DNA from: Methanomassiliicoccaceae archaeon | Lineage (GTDB): Archaea; Thermoplasmatota; Thermoplasmata; Methanomassiliicoccales; Methanomassiliicoccaceae | Assembly (NCBI GenBank): GCA_040776945.1 | Contig: JAXGZN010000002.1 | Coordinates: forward strand, 896,001-960,000 | Direction of reading: 5' to 3' | DNA length: 64,000 nt | Shown: positions 1 through 9,732 of the stretch, piece by piece | Position numbering within the stretch: the stretch's first letter is position 1 | Layout of the letters: each line of letters starts with the position of its first letter | Translations under genes and position numbers: made by a program | Notes under the pieces: model-generated | What the model was told of the DNA's origin: nothing | Seen by the model: only the letters and a program-made list of their open reading frames with translations | Database searches by the model: none

Positions 1-872
1 GGGACCCTTCCGGCCTTAAGGAAGGAGTGGAAGAGCTGGAGGAGCGCTTGGGCATCCCTGTGCTAGGGATAGTTCCCCATGCTGAGCACCTCCTGCCGGA
101 CGAGGACTCCCAAGACCTGGTCAAGACTAGGGGGGCGGGAGATCTCAAGGTTGGTGTGATCATGCTTCCACGCATCTCCAACTTCACTGACCTGGACGCG
201 CTCGCCCTGGAGGGGGTCAGGGTGGTCTACATAAGGGAACCACGGTCGCTGGAGAGCGTGGACGCCGTCATTGTGCCGGGGACCAAGAACACTGTCGGCG
301 ATCTTAAGTGGCTGCATGAGCGCGGACTGTTCGACGCCATTAGAGGGCTGCGGGGCAAGGTCCCTATCCTGGGCATCTGCGGCGGATATCAGATGCTGGG
401 CCGGGAGATCATCGACCTCAACGGGATAGAGGGCGATGCGGGCGCCACCTGGGAAGGGCTGGGCATTATCGACGTCACCACCAGGTTCGAGGCCTATGAG
501 AAACGCACCGTGCAAGTGACCGGCCGCCTGGCCGTTGGTGACGGCGAGGTCAGGGGGTACGAGATCCATATGGGTGAGTCCGAGAGCAGGGAAGCACCAT
601 TGTTCATTCTCGATGAGAACGGCGGGACGAAGAACGAAGGTGCGATAACCGAGGACGGTCTGGTCATGGGCTCCTATGTCCACGGGCTGTTCGACCTCCC
701 CTCGTTCAGGCAGTTCTTCCTCTCTAAGATGCCCGGTTCATCGGCCAGGAGGACGAGCGCCCTGGACCATGACCGCTCGGTGGAGGATGACCTGAACGTC
801 TTGGCCTCGGTCGTGGGACTGAACTTGGACATAGGCCGTCTCCTCAACATCCTGAAGGAGGGGTTGAGGTGA
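1..872 (+). CDS. cobQ: Cobyric acid synthase CobQ, C-terminal part (5' end outside window)
   Basis: Frame is open from the window edge; motifs PRISNFTD, PGTKNT, GICGGYQMLG, GYEIHMG and GSYVHGLF of the CobQ glutaminase domain. Confidence 0.93.
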   Translation, partial: DPSGLKEGVEELEERLGIPVLGIVPHAEHLLPDEDSQDLVKTRGAGDLKVGVIMLPRISNFTDLDALALEGVRVVYIREPRSLESVDAVIVPGTKNTVGDLKWLHERGLFDAIRGLRGKVPILGICGGYQMLGREIIDLNGIEGDAGATWEGLGIIDVTTRFEAYEKRTVQVTGRLAVGDGEVRGYEIHMGESESREAPLFILDENGGTKNEGAITEDGLVMGSYVHGLFDLPSFRQFFLSKMPGSSARRTSALDHDRSVEDDLNVLASVVGLNLDIGRLLNILKEGLR

Positions 873-1711
873 GCAGCATAATGGTTCAAGGAACCTCGTC
901 GGGAGCGGGTAAGACCACCATCGCCGCTCTCTTCTGCCGCCATTTTGCCAAGAGGGGGTTCAAGGTCGCACCGTTCAAGGCATCCAACCTATCCTTGAAC
1001 TCGTTCGTCACTCCCAAGGGAGAGGAGATAGGCATCTCTCAGGCATACCAGGCATGGGCCTGCGACCGGGAGCCCGAGGGCAGCATGAACCCTGTTCTCT
1101 TGAAGCCGAAGGGGAACGGCAGCTGCCAGATAATGCTCTCCGGCCGCCCCTACGGAGATCTTGGCCGGGGGCAGATTGCGGACCGTGAAGTGCTGTGGGA
1201 GACGGTACGCTCTTCCTTCCGCCATCTTCTTGAGACGAACGACGTGGTGGTGATCGAGGGATCAGGGTCCCCGGCGGAGATCAATCTCCGCAAGCAGGAC
1301 CTGGCCAACATGAGGACGGCGGAGATGGCCGGTGCGCCGGTAGTACTGGTCGGCGACATAGAGCGCGGAGGGGTCTTTGCCGGTCTGTTCGGAACGCACG
1401 CGCTGCTGGAGGAGCGACATCGCCGCCTGGTCAAGGCGTTCATGATCAACCGGTTCCGGGGGGACGAGAGCATCCTGGACAGCGGGATCGCCAGGATGGA
1501 GGAGTTGCTTGGAGTCCCATCGCTCGGGGTCCTTCCGTTCGCGGACCTAAAGTTCCCGTCCGAGGACTCCCTGGACATGGGAAGAGGTCAGGGGACCAGG
1601 GTCAAGGGAGCGGACATAAGGAAAGGCTGGCTGGCGAACCTGGACGACCTTTACACCATGTCCCTGGACCATTTGGACTATGTGCTCATGGAGAAGATCG
1701 CCTTCTCGTAG
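869..1711 (+). CDS. CobQ-like synthetase domain protein lacking the glutaminase domain
   Basis: IMVQGTSSGAGKT, APFKASNLSLNS, EGSGSPAEINL, DIERGGVFA, INRFRGD, EDS; no GATase motifs; GTGA overlap with cobQ. Confidence 0.85.
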   Translation: MSSIMVQGTSSGAGKTTIAALFCRHFAKRGFKVAPFKASNLSLNSFVTPKGEEIGISQAYQAWACDREPEGSMNPVLLKPKGNGSCQIMLSGRPYGDLGRGQIADREVLWETVRSSFRHLLETNDVVVIEGSGSPAEINLRKQDLANMRTAEMAGAPVVLVGDIERGGVFAGLFGTHALLEERHRRLVKAFMINRFRGDESILDSGIARMEELLGVPSLGVLPFADLKFPSEDSLDMGRGQGTRVKGADIRKGWLANLDDLYTMSLDHLDYVLMEKIAFS

Positions 1712-1779
1712 GCCGGAGGACCTAAAAAGGACCGATGGGGGCCGCCGACCTTAAGAGATCGGGGTCGGCAGGGCAGGGT

Positions 1780-2406
1780 TCAAGTGTATCGCACTGAGCG
1801 TGGCTTGCCTTCGACCCTCTTGGCCTTCCTTCCCAACTGAAGCCATAGGCCCAGAGCGCGCCCTAGGTCGTGGATGTACTCCGCCGCGGCCAGGGTGTTC
1901 CGTTCGATGATCTCGGCGTATCGGTCCATCAGGTCTCCCGGAGGAATGAACGTCAGGGACCTCTTCTTGGTATCGGCATCAAGGTAGAGCAGCCGCTCCT
2001 GCAGGGAACAGAAGTCCTCCCTGAGGAACGCTGGCTCCTCCGATATCTTGATGTCCTTCCGGCCCAGGGCCATTGAGGCCTGCTCTACGGTCCTGAGCTC
2101 TTCCAGGATCTGAGCCGCCGCCTTTCTGCCGTTGCGGCAGTGATCGTGATAGTCCTCGATGCGAACGTTGACGTAATCGGCCTTGGCAGCCTTCTCGCAC
2201 TCCTTGACCAGGGACATGAGCTTGCCGACCTCTTCGAACATCACCAGAAGGATGACGAGCCTCATCCTGTCCCTTCCGGGGAACTCGTCCTGTTCTGAGA
2301 GGGCGCGGTAGGAGTTAGAGGTGTCTAGGATGTGGGCCGCCAGGTCCTCGGCAAGGCGGAAGGCCTCATCCCGGAGGGGGTGCATAACGTCAGGGTCCTT
2401 GCTCAT
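1780..2406 (-). CDS. AbiV-like HEPN-family protein (divergent)
   Basis: Hydrophobic helix followed by EEVGK, a downstream HDH, and a C-terminal ERLLYLD resembling AbiV-family motifs. Confidence 0.55.
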   Translation of the reverse strand: MSKDPDVMHPLRDEAFRLAEDLAAHILDTSNSYRALSEQDEFPGRDRMRLVILLVMFEEVGKLMSLVKECEKAAKADYVNVRIEDYHDHCRNGRKAAAQILEELRTVEQASMALGRKDIKISEEPAFLREDFCSLQERLLYLDADTKKRSLTFIPPGDLMDRYAEIIERNTLAAAEYIHDLGRALGLWLQLGRKAKRVEGKPRSVRYT

Positions 2407-2489
2407 GAGGACGTGATTGAAGATACGGATATTAACTCATTCCCGAAGGCGACAGATTGAACTATTGCCTTTTCAAATAATGTTGTACC

Positions 2490-2759
2490 ATGGAGAGCGA
2501 GCAGGAGCTTAGGCTGAAGGCCAGGAGGATGGCCGAGGAGAAGGTCGATTTCTATGTGCACCTTCTGTTCTACATCGCCATCAACGGAGGGCTCATCACT
2601 GTGTGGTGGCTGTCCGGAGGCGGGTTCCCCTGGTTCATATTCGTCCTGATGTTCTGGGGTATCGGCCTGGCGGCCCATGGCATCCGCGCGTTCGTCAGCC
2701 AAGGCTACACCGACATCTTGGCCGAGAGGGAGTATCAGCGTCTCAGGGGCCAGAGATAG
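2490..2759 (+). CDS. 2TM domain membrane protein
   Basis: FYVHLLFYIAIN...WFIFVLMFWGIGLAAH pattern typical of the 2TM domain. Confidence 0.85.
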   Translation: MESEQELRLKARRMAEEKVDFYVHLLFYIAINGGLITVWWLSGGGFPWFIFVLMFWGIGLAAHGIRAFVSQGYTDILAEREYQRLRGQR

Positions 2760-3009
2760 GTACCGTCTCGACCTCCTTGATGAAGCAACGGATCAGAGCA
2801 TCCCTCTCTTCACGCGAAGCGTTGTTCCATATTTCCGCCACCTGCTTCTCCGTGGAGGAGCCTGAATGCACCCGGGAGGTCAGGAAATCTATCATGTCCT
2901 CCACCACTCCCATGACGTGCCCTTCCGACGGATCTATCTCCCTTGCCGCGGAGATCGTCTCTCGAAGAGAGGCGGTCCAATCGCCCCAGTTGCGGATTAG
3001 GAGGAACAT
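2743..3009 (-). CDS. DUF3243 (YmfJ-like) family protein
   Basis: NWGDWTASL...DFL...EKQVAEIWNNASREERDAL resembles the DUF3243 consensus; start estimated. Confidence 0.55.
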   Translation of the reverse strand: MFLLIRNWGDWTASLRETISAAREIDPSEGHVMGVVEDMIDFLTSRVHSGSSTEKQVAEIWNNASREERDALIRCFIKEVETVPISGP

Positions 3010-3359
3010 GTCCTTGCACGAGCCTGTTGGGCCCTCGACGGAGCGCTCCATGAAGCTATATCTGGAGCTTCATGTCCATAATACCAATGCCGCTACGCGA
3101 TGATACGGCCATGAGGCCGTGGAACGGCCCTAGGCGACACATGCTGCCCGCGTGGATCGAGGACGCCCCGTGCTCTCTCTCGTCTCGCGCTGCTCACAAT
3201 GAACTAAAAAAAGGATGACGTCTTCGTCCATCTCTCCCATCGAGCAAATATCTGGCCGCCTGGCCATGGACCATTGAGGTTTCCCTGAAGAGAACAACAT
3301 TTAAGTAATGGTCTTCGTGTTTTCCTCATGGAGTTATAATATTGCGTAGCAGACCCCAA

Positions 3360-3662
3360 ATGAAGTCTGGTGATCGGAGGGACGACAGGAGAAAGGTACG
3401 TCCCCAGACACCCCGAACCGCCATGTTGAACCTTCACCGCCTTGGCTCTTTTAAGTATGATCTGCGTGAGATCCTGAACGCCGCCCCTATGGACAAGACC
3501 TTGATACCCACCATCGTTGCCAACGTCATCGCGAAGGCCTCCCGGGTCTCGGTGAAGGAGACCAAGGAATATATCCGGGAGATCGAGGCTCTAGGGACGA
3601 TCGACAAGATAGCCGCCGACGACGTCTGCTCTCTTCTGGACCGCTATTCTAAATGGCGCTGA
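3360..3662 (+). CDS. Conserved hypothetical small helical protein
   Basis: Coding-like codon usage; AT-rich promoter upstream; basic N-terminus. Confidence 0.7.
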   Translation: MKSGDRRDDRRKVRPQTPRTAMLNLHRLGSFKYDLREILNAAPMDKTLIPTIVANVIAKASRVSVKETKEYIREIEALGTIDKIAADDVCSLLDRYSKWR

Positions 3663-3672
3663 ACCAACGGCC

Positions 3673-5082
3673 TCAGCGCTTCTTGGCCTTGGGCGTCACG
3701 GTCAGCCGCTTCCCCTTGTAAGATGCTTGACGCAGAGCCCTTAGGACCTTAAGGCCCACGTCCTTGTGGATCTCCACTGTTGACCTGGACGGTCCGATCT
3801 CAATATGGCCGATGACGATCTCGTTGACCCTTGCCGTGCGAGCGACGAGGTCCGCGAGATCGACCTTGTTGATCCCGTCCGAGGAGCCGATGCTCAGCTC
3901 GAACTTGACCATTCCGAAGATATCGGACATCTCGTCGAAGTCCAGCACCTCGCGCACCGTCTCTTGGCCCTTCACTTGGGGCACCTCGACCTGTTTCAGC
4001 TTGACATCGGTGAACGACTGGATGGCTTCCAGGAGATGCATCTCATCGTTGGAGACGAAGGTGATGGCCTTGCCCTCCTTACCTGCCCGTCCCGTCCTCC
4101 CTATGCGGTGGACGTAGGTGTCGGGCGAATCTGGTATATCGTAGTTGATGACGTAGTTCACGCCCTCGATGTCCAACCCCCGTGCGGCGACGTCCGTGGC
4201 GATCAGCACTTTGATCTTGCCGGAACGGAAGTCGTTAAGCACCTTCTCCCTTCGGGCCTGGGTCAGATCGCCGTGGATGGCCGCCGTCGGGTACCCATAT
4301 GAGGTCAGGCGCCTCTCTATGATGTCCACCATATGTTTGGTCTGAGCGAACACGATGGCCTTGGGCCTTTCCTTGTCCAGTACCCGGCACAAGGCCCAGA
4401 TCTTGTTCTTTCTCCCGACCGTGAAGTACATCTGCTTGGTGTTTGGCAGGACCAGCTCGTCCTCGGATACCGAGACCGTCTGAGGCGACCTCATATGCTC
4501 CTCTGCCAGTTTCCTTATCTCAGCGGGCATGGTGGCAGAGAATAGCATGGTCTGACGGTCCTTTGGCACCTTGGAGATTATGAACGATATGTCCTCTATG
4601 AACCCCATGTCCAGCATGCGGTCGGCCTCATCAAGTACCAGGAACCTGATCTCCTTCAATACCAAAGTGCCGCGGTGGATGTGGTCGATGACCCTCCCTG
4701 GAGTCCCTACCACGATGTCCACGCCCCTGTTGAGAGCCTCGAGCTGTGGCTCCATCCCCGCCCCGCCATAGATGGCCAGGACCGCGACGTCCAGATTGGC
4801 GCTTAGACGCTTGATCTCCTCCGAGACCTGCACTGCCAGCTCCCGGGTGGGGCAGAGCACTAGGGCTTCCGGATATCGACCCGGCTCGATGTTCTGGATG
4901 ATCGGTATTCCGAACGCAGCGGTCTTCCCCGTTCCTGTCTGGGCCTGAGCTATCACATCCTTTCCGTCCATGAGGAGGGGTATGGTCCCTTCCTGCACCG
5001 GCGTCGGCTCTGTCCATCCCATCCTGCGAATCGCTTTCAAGACAGGTTCGATGACTTGGAGATCTTCAAAATTGGAGGCCAT
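3673..5082 (-). CDS. deaD: DEAD-box RNA helicase with DbpA-type RNA-binding C-terminal domain
   Basis: Q motif, AQTGTGKT, PTRELA, DEAD, SAT, HRIGRTGR. Confidence 0.93.
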   Translation of the reverse strand: MASNFEDLQVIEPVLKAIRRMGWTEPTPVQEGTIPLLMDGKDVIAQAQTGTGKTAAFGIPIIQNIEPGRYPEALVLCPTRELAVQVSEEIKRLSANLDVAVLAIYGGAGMEPQLEALNRGVDIVVGTPGRVIDHIHRGTLVLKEIRFLVLDEADRMLDMGFIEDISFIISKVPKDRQTMLFSATMPAEIRKLAEEHMRSPQTVSVSEDELVLPNTKQMYFTVGRKNKIWALCRVLDKERPKAIVFAQTKHMVDIIERRLTSYGYPTAAIHGDLTQARREKVLNDFRSGKIKVLIATDVAARGLDIEGVNYVINYDIPDSPDTYVHRIGRTGRAGKEGKAITFVSNDEMHLLEAIQSFTDVKLKQVEVPQVKGQETVREVLDFDEMSDIFGMVKFELSIGSSDGINKVDLADLVARTARVNEIVIGHIEIGPSRSTVEIHKDVGLKVLRALRQASYKGKRLTVTPKAKKR

Positions 5083-5495
5083 ATTAACTCACTACCTCAG
5101 TTCTGATTACCGTTTCTCGCTCTCGGTACCCCATAATCCTTTCGCACTTAATCATTTCCGGTGGACGGGCTACTGATGGAAAGATGCGAGCGTCCCCTGT
5201 CCCCTAAGGTCCTTTTCATCGCATTGAGAGCGAGGCCTGCCTCTAAGTGCCTTGGACCTCTCGGAAGAACGGCCGGACCGCACGAGCGAGGAAGTCGCGC
5301 ATATCGGCGATCCTTGAGCGCGGCTTTAACTGCCTGCGCCTTCCTCGATCATCACGAGGCGCTGGTTGCGAGGGGCCCATCTCGACCATGGGGCGTCTTG
5401 ACGATATGGCGCCATCGGGCCATATGCTCCCCGTCCAGTGCCATTTCGTCCAGCGTACTTCCTTGGCGTCCGCCTTCCGGCCCGGCCGCATGGCG

Positions 5496-6122
5496 TCAGC
5501 CGCCTCGAGCCGCGGCCAGTTCCTTGGTCTTCCTTATGCCCTCGGCAAGGCGGTCCACGCTCCCTGACCGGGTATCGTGAGGCAGCTTGAGCTGGGCGGC
5601 GAACTCTCGCGAAAGGGCCTCGCACCTTTCCCTGTCCCCTATGCCGGTATCGATGTACAAGCACCTTCGATAGGCGTCGAAGATCATGTCCACGAAGTAC
5701 ATGGGGTCATAGCCCTGGTCCACCATGCTGTCCAGGTGCAGTTCCTTGATCACCGCGGCCATCCCTTGCTCGGCCCATCCGGGAGAGGAGAACCAAGTAC
5801 CTGTGCATATTCCCTTCTCCCGGGCATACTCCACCGGCCCCAGCAGCACCGATATGCAATCGTCCCCTTCCAGCATGACGCTCGGTACGCTGACCTCCTG
5901 CGGGATCCCTGATAGTTTCTGACAGGTTGCGTAGCCGACGAATACTGCGTCGACCTTTCCGGCCAAGGCGTTTATCTTCTCGATGACCGTTCGCCTCATC
6001 TCCTCTGGATAGACGTGGAGCGCAAACTCCAAGTACTCCTTGTGCACGATGTCCTCGTCTCCCTGGGTTATGAACTCGATCTCCTGCTTGAAGATGTCGC
6101 AAGCTACAATGCCTATCCTCAT
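5496..6122 (-). CDS. DUF1638 domain protein
   Basis: IVAC, LH..P, GYATC, DDCI..LLG, GTWF..PGW, YRRCLYIDTG. Confidence 0.85.
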   Translation of the reverse strand: MRIGIVACDIFKQEIEFITQGDEDIVHKEYLEFALHVYPEEMRRTVIEKINALAGKVDAVFVGYATCQKLSGIPQEVSVPSVMLEGDDCISVLLGPVEYAREKGICTGTWFSSPGWAEQGMAAVIKELHLDSMVDQGYDPMYFVDMIFDAYRRCLYIDTGIGDRERCEALSREFAAQLKLPHDTRSGSVDRLAEGIRKTKELAAARGG

Positions 6123-6205
6123 GTCCGGCACAAGGCATCTAGAGGGGCGCGAACATAGTTAGTATCTTGCATCGTCAGTTCGCATCCCCCCGGACAACCG
6201 GGGAC

Positions 6206-6634
6206 CTACTTGTTCTCCTTGTCCTCGGCCACCGAGATGAAGAAGTCGTGGTGCTCCTCTTCCTCCTCAAGGATGCCTTCCATGATGACCCTGGTAGTTA
6301 TGTCCCCCTCTTCCTCGGCCTGCTTTATTATCTCCCTGTACAGTTTGATGGCGGCCTCTTCCGCTTCAGTATCCAGCTTGACCATTTCCCAAAGGTTCTC
6401 TCCAACGATTACTGGGGCCGGCTTGACGGTGGGCTTCTCCCCGAGGTACCAAAGGCGCTCAGCGATCTTCTCGGCATGCTTCATCTCCTGAACAGCGATG
6501 TCCTCCAGTTGTTCGGAGACCGCGAAGTGCTTGACCCCGCTCCATTGTACATGCTGCCACATATACTGTATCGAGACCTGGATCTCCATCGAGATGGCCT
6601 GGTTCATCATTTGCTTCAGCTTGTCCGATGCCAT
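6206..6634 (-). CDS. Ferritin-like (bacterioferritin-type) diiron protein
   Basis: E..V..QY, EMKHAE, EEAAIKLY, EEEHH diiron ligand pattern. Confidence 0.9.
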   Translation of the reverse strand: MASDKLKQMMNQAISMEIQVSIQYMWQHVQWSGVKHFAVSEQLEDIAVQEMKHAEKIAERLWYLGEKPTVKPAPVIVGENLWEMVKLDTEAEEAAIKLYREIIKQAEEEGDITTRVIMEGILEEEEEHHDFFISVAEDKENK

Positions 6635-7297
6635 GTTATCCCTCTTGATTCCTGTTCCTTAGAACGGATTTTTCATTGGCCACTAGAGAGATATTATACT
6701 TTGTCAACTGGCCCAGAGCGGCCTTGAGGCCGTGGCCATCACATCCTTCCTGTTACGTTCATGTCGATGCGGCCGCTCCATCGCTTGGGAGCTATCGTGC
6801 CCCATCGCTTGCTCTAAATGTGCGGTCGTTGGAAGGCCCTTCGGCCATACCCCGGTCACGCAGTGATGCTCGGGGTCGGGCCTCGGACCTCGTCGATCGA
6901 CCGGACCGTCACAAGGGCGGAAAGGCCGTTGGCCGCCTGACCCCTGGAAGCATGCATGGAGGAGGCTCGCCGTTCTAAGAGGGCTGCGGACCCGAAGGAC
7001 CCGGAGAAGGCACGCCGATGCATCTCCTGCCGGAGTCCTGGGCATGATAATGCCGGCGATCGTCGCTATCGGTGCATGGTCGCCGTCGCTTGATCTCTTT
7101 CCCGGCAAGATATCTCCAAGGCCGTTGCCCCGGCCTATGGGTTGGCCGATGGGAGCGCGCCCACCGCATTGGTGGAACGACCGGCCTCGAAATGTGCAGT
7201 TGAGGACGCTGGGGGGGGTCATCGAATGCTTCCTCTCCCGCTGGACGGCGCTATAAGGGTGAGAAAGTAATAATCACCCTACTTCGGTACAGGGTGC

Positions 7298-7888
7298 GTG
7301 AACACCAACCCCATATCCCCTCGAGCAGGGGCCGTCGCTGGCATCATCGGCTCGATCGCCTTCGCATCACTATGGATGGCCGCGGCATATCTGGATGGTA
7401 ACTGGGTCCTGGGGAAGATGACCCTCAGCGAGTTGGGCGGGAGCGGACGCCCTGGCGCGCTGCTGTTCGACCTCGGGGCCATGATCGCGGGGGCGGCGTC
7501 GCTGATCTTCTCAGCGGGACTGTACCGCGTTCTCTCCACCAGCGCACTAGGGCGCGTCGGCTCGGCGACGCTTGCGCTCGCTTCGGTCCTTCTCATTGGA
7601 GTGGGGGTGTTCCCAATAGACACTGGGGCCCCTCACACCTTTACGTCTTTATCCTTCTTTTTCCTTAGCGCGGTGGCCATGGCCGTCCTTATAGTTCCTG
7701 TATGGAGGAGCCATGTGCTGCACGGTAGCGGCGGGCTGCTGACCGCGGTCATGCTGCTCGTCTCGCTGACAGGCGTCGCGACCCTCGAGGTCCCGGCAGC
7801 AGAGGCCCTGGCAGTAGGTTGTTTGCTGCTTTGGACCGTTCTGATCGGGATCAGGGTGCTCTGGCATCATCCAGGGGCGCGATCATAG
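7298..7888 (+). CDS. DUF998 membrane protein
   Basis: Multiple TM helices; LSELG, GVGVFP, PH motifs. Confidence 0.8.
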   Translation: MNTNPISPRAGAVAGIIGSIAFASLWMAAAYLDGNWVLGKMTLSELGGSGRPGALLFDLGAMIAGAASLIFSAGLYRVLSTSALGRVGSATLALASVLLIGVGVFPIDTGAPHTFTSLSFFFLSAVAMAVLIVPVWRSHVLHGSGGLLTAVMLLVSLTGVATLEVPAAEALAVGCLLLWTVLIGIRVLWHHPGARS

Positions 7889-8956
7889 TTTGCCCCGGTA
7901 GCGGAACGCGATATTGCAGCCGCCCTCCCTGGAGACCATGCATGGGCCCATCGGATATCGGGGAGTGCACGCCTTGCCGAAGGCGGGACACTCATGCGAT
8001 TCGATGAGCCCCCTGAGCACTTCGCCGCACCGGCAGCCTCTGTGCTCCTCTCTCACCGGAGCACGGGCATCCAAGATGTCCTGGTGCACCTTACGTGCAT
8101 TGTGGGCATCGAACTCGTCCCGGAGCTCGTATGCGCTCTGAGGGATGACCGGGAACCCTCTCCAGGCCCGGTCGACCGGCCTGAACACCTGCTCCAGCAG
8201 CCTGATGGCCTTTGGGTTGCCCTCCCTCTTCACCAACCGTCCGTACTCGTTCTCCACTTCGGCCCGTCCTTCCTTGATCTGCTTTACCAGCATGTGAACC
8301 GCCATCAATAGGTCCAGGGGCTCGAAGCCGGCGACCACTTGGGGCACCTTGTACTTGGTGGAGAAGACGCGGTACGGCTCCACTCCGATGATGGCGCTGA
8401 CATGACCGGGCTCTATCAGCCCGTCGATCTTGAACTCCCCCATGTTGATTATTGCGTGCAGTGCCGGCGGCAGAAGGCGATGGCACGAGTATACGGAGAA
8501 GTTATCCGGCAAATTCTCCACCATGACCGCAGCGGTTGTAGGGCTGGTGGTCTCGAACCCTATGCCCATGAACACCATGTCCTTAACCTCTGCGGCCATG
8601 CGGACGGCGTCCTCAACCGAGTAAACGACCCGCACGTCGCGTCCCCTGGCCTTCGCGTCGCCGAGCGAACCGTTGGGAGTGGGCACCTTCAGCATGTCCC
8701 CGAAGACGGCGATGGTGCACCCAGCGTCCGCCAGTGCGATGGCGTCAGCGACCTCGGAGGTGGTGGTCACGCATACTGGGCACCCGGGACCTTGCCGGAT
8801 CTCCACGCCCACGTCCTTCAGCAGAGGCTCCAGGCCGAACCGGACCAAAGTGTCCTGATGAGTGCCGCATACGTGCATGAACCTAAGGTCCACGTCATAT
8901 CTCCGGATCGTTTCCAATATCCTTTGCGCCGCCTCTTCGTCCCTAAGCCGGAACAT
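7883..8956 (-). CDS. hypD: Hydrogenase maturation protein HypD
   Basis: HVCGTH, GPGCPVCV, GFETT, PGHVS, GPCMVSREGGC. Confidence 0.97.
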   Translation of the reverse strand: MFRLRDEEAAQRILETIRRYDVDLRFMHVCGTHQDTLVRFGLEPLLKDVGVEIRQGPGCPVCVTTTSEVADAIALADAGCTIAVFGDMLKVPTPNGSLGDAKARGRDVRVVYSVEDAVRMAAEVKDMVFMGIGFETTSPTTAAVMVENLPDNFSVYSCHRLLPPALHAIINMGEFKIDGLIEPGHVSAIIGVEPYRVFSTKYKVPQVVAGFEPLDLLMAVHMLVKQIKEGRAEVENEYGRLVKREGNPKAIRLLEQVFRPVDRAWRGFPVIPQSAYELRDEFDAHNARKVHQDILDARAPVREEHRGCRCGEVLRGLIESHECPAFGKACTPRYPMGPCMVSREGGCNIAFRYRGKL

Positions 8957-9329
8957 CTTCCTCCACCACCCTAATAGACCGGACCGTGCAGCTTTTACCT
9001 TTCAGGACCTCGGCCCTTGCTCCGCATTGCGGGCAGTTAAGGGTCGGAACGTTCGATAGGTACATGTCATCCTGATAGTACTCCGCATCGCCCTTATAAC
9101 CGCACGAGGGGCAGCGGACCTCAACGCCCTCATGCTCCACGACCAGGTTGGAGCCTTCCAATATCGTCCCGCGGGTCAAGATCTCGAACGCGAACCTGAG
9201 CTGGTCCTCGCCAAGATAGGTGAGGTCCCCGATCGTGAGGAGCACTTCCTCCACCTTCTCCACCTTGCGGTCCTTTATCTCATCCAAGATAGCTTCCAGG
9301 ATGCTGGTCATGACCCCGACCTCGTGCAT
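8943..9329 (-). CDS. hypA: Hydrogenase nickel metallochaperone HypA
   Basis: MHE N-terminus and two CxxC motifs. Confidence 0.95.
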   Translation of the reverse strand: MHEVGVMTSILEAILDEIKDRKVEKVEEVLLTIGDLTYLGEDQLRFAFEILTRGTILEGSNLVVEHEGVEVRCPSCGYKGDAEYYQDDMYLSNVPTLNCPQCGARAEVLKGKSCTVRSIRVVEEDVPA

Positions 9330-9444
9330 CGTCCCGACCAACGGAGGCCAACTAGATAAAGCACACGCCAGATGCCACGACCGTCCCGCGGACCCCATGC
9401 GCGGTGGGTTGATATAACTCCCTGAAGATACGATCATGTTCCCA

Positions 9445-9732
9445 ATGGCCACCGAGGAGAGGTCCCGAAAAGAGCTTACGCTGGAGTCCATAGTGGAAGG
9501 CAAGAAGTTGGAGGCCTACGTGGAGCACCGTACCCGGGACATGCACGCCTGCGCCATTTGCGGCGGGATCGGCTACAAGAAGCGGCCGATGAGGTGCGTC
9601 GGAGGACGCTGGTTCTGCATGGACTGCGTCCGCCAGCTCAAGGACCTGATGGAAGGGCTGGACCGATGGGAGGCCGAGGCGAAGCTGGAGCATGAGCTTT
9701 CGAAGAAGATGGACGAGGGTCTGGGCCTCTAG
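9445..9732 (+). CDS. Small Zn-finger hypothetical protein
   Basis: CAIC...CMDC followed by a coiled-coil; divergent from hypA. Confidence 0.7.
   Translation: MATEERSRKELTLESIVEGKKLEAYVEHRTRDMHACAICGGIGYKKRPMRCVGGRWFCMDCVRQLKDLMEGLDRWEAEAKLEHELSKKMDEGLGL

Noticed and set aside
1709-1790. Amber readthrough restoring a glutaminase domain to the short CobQ
   Set aside because: The sequence after the TAG has no GATase motifs and runs into the convergent gene
5243-5491. 82-aa ORF downstream of DUF1638
   Set aside because: No recognisable motif and Arg-rich composition; cannot be supported, though a small protein is not excluded
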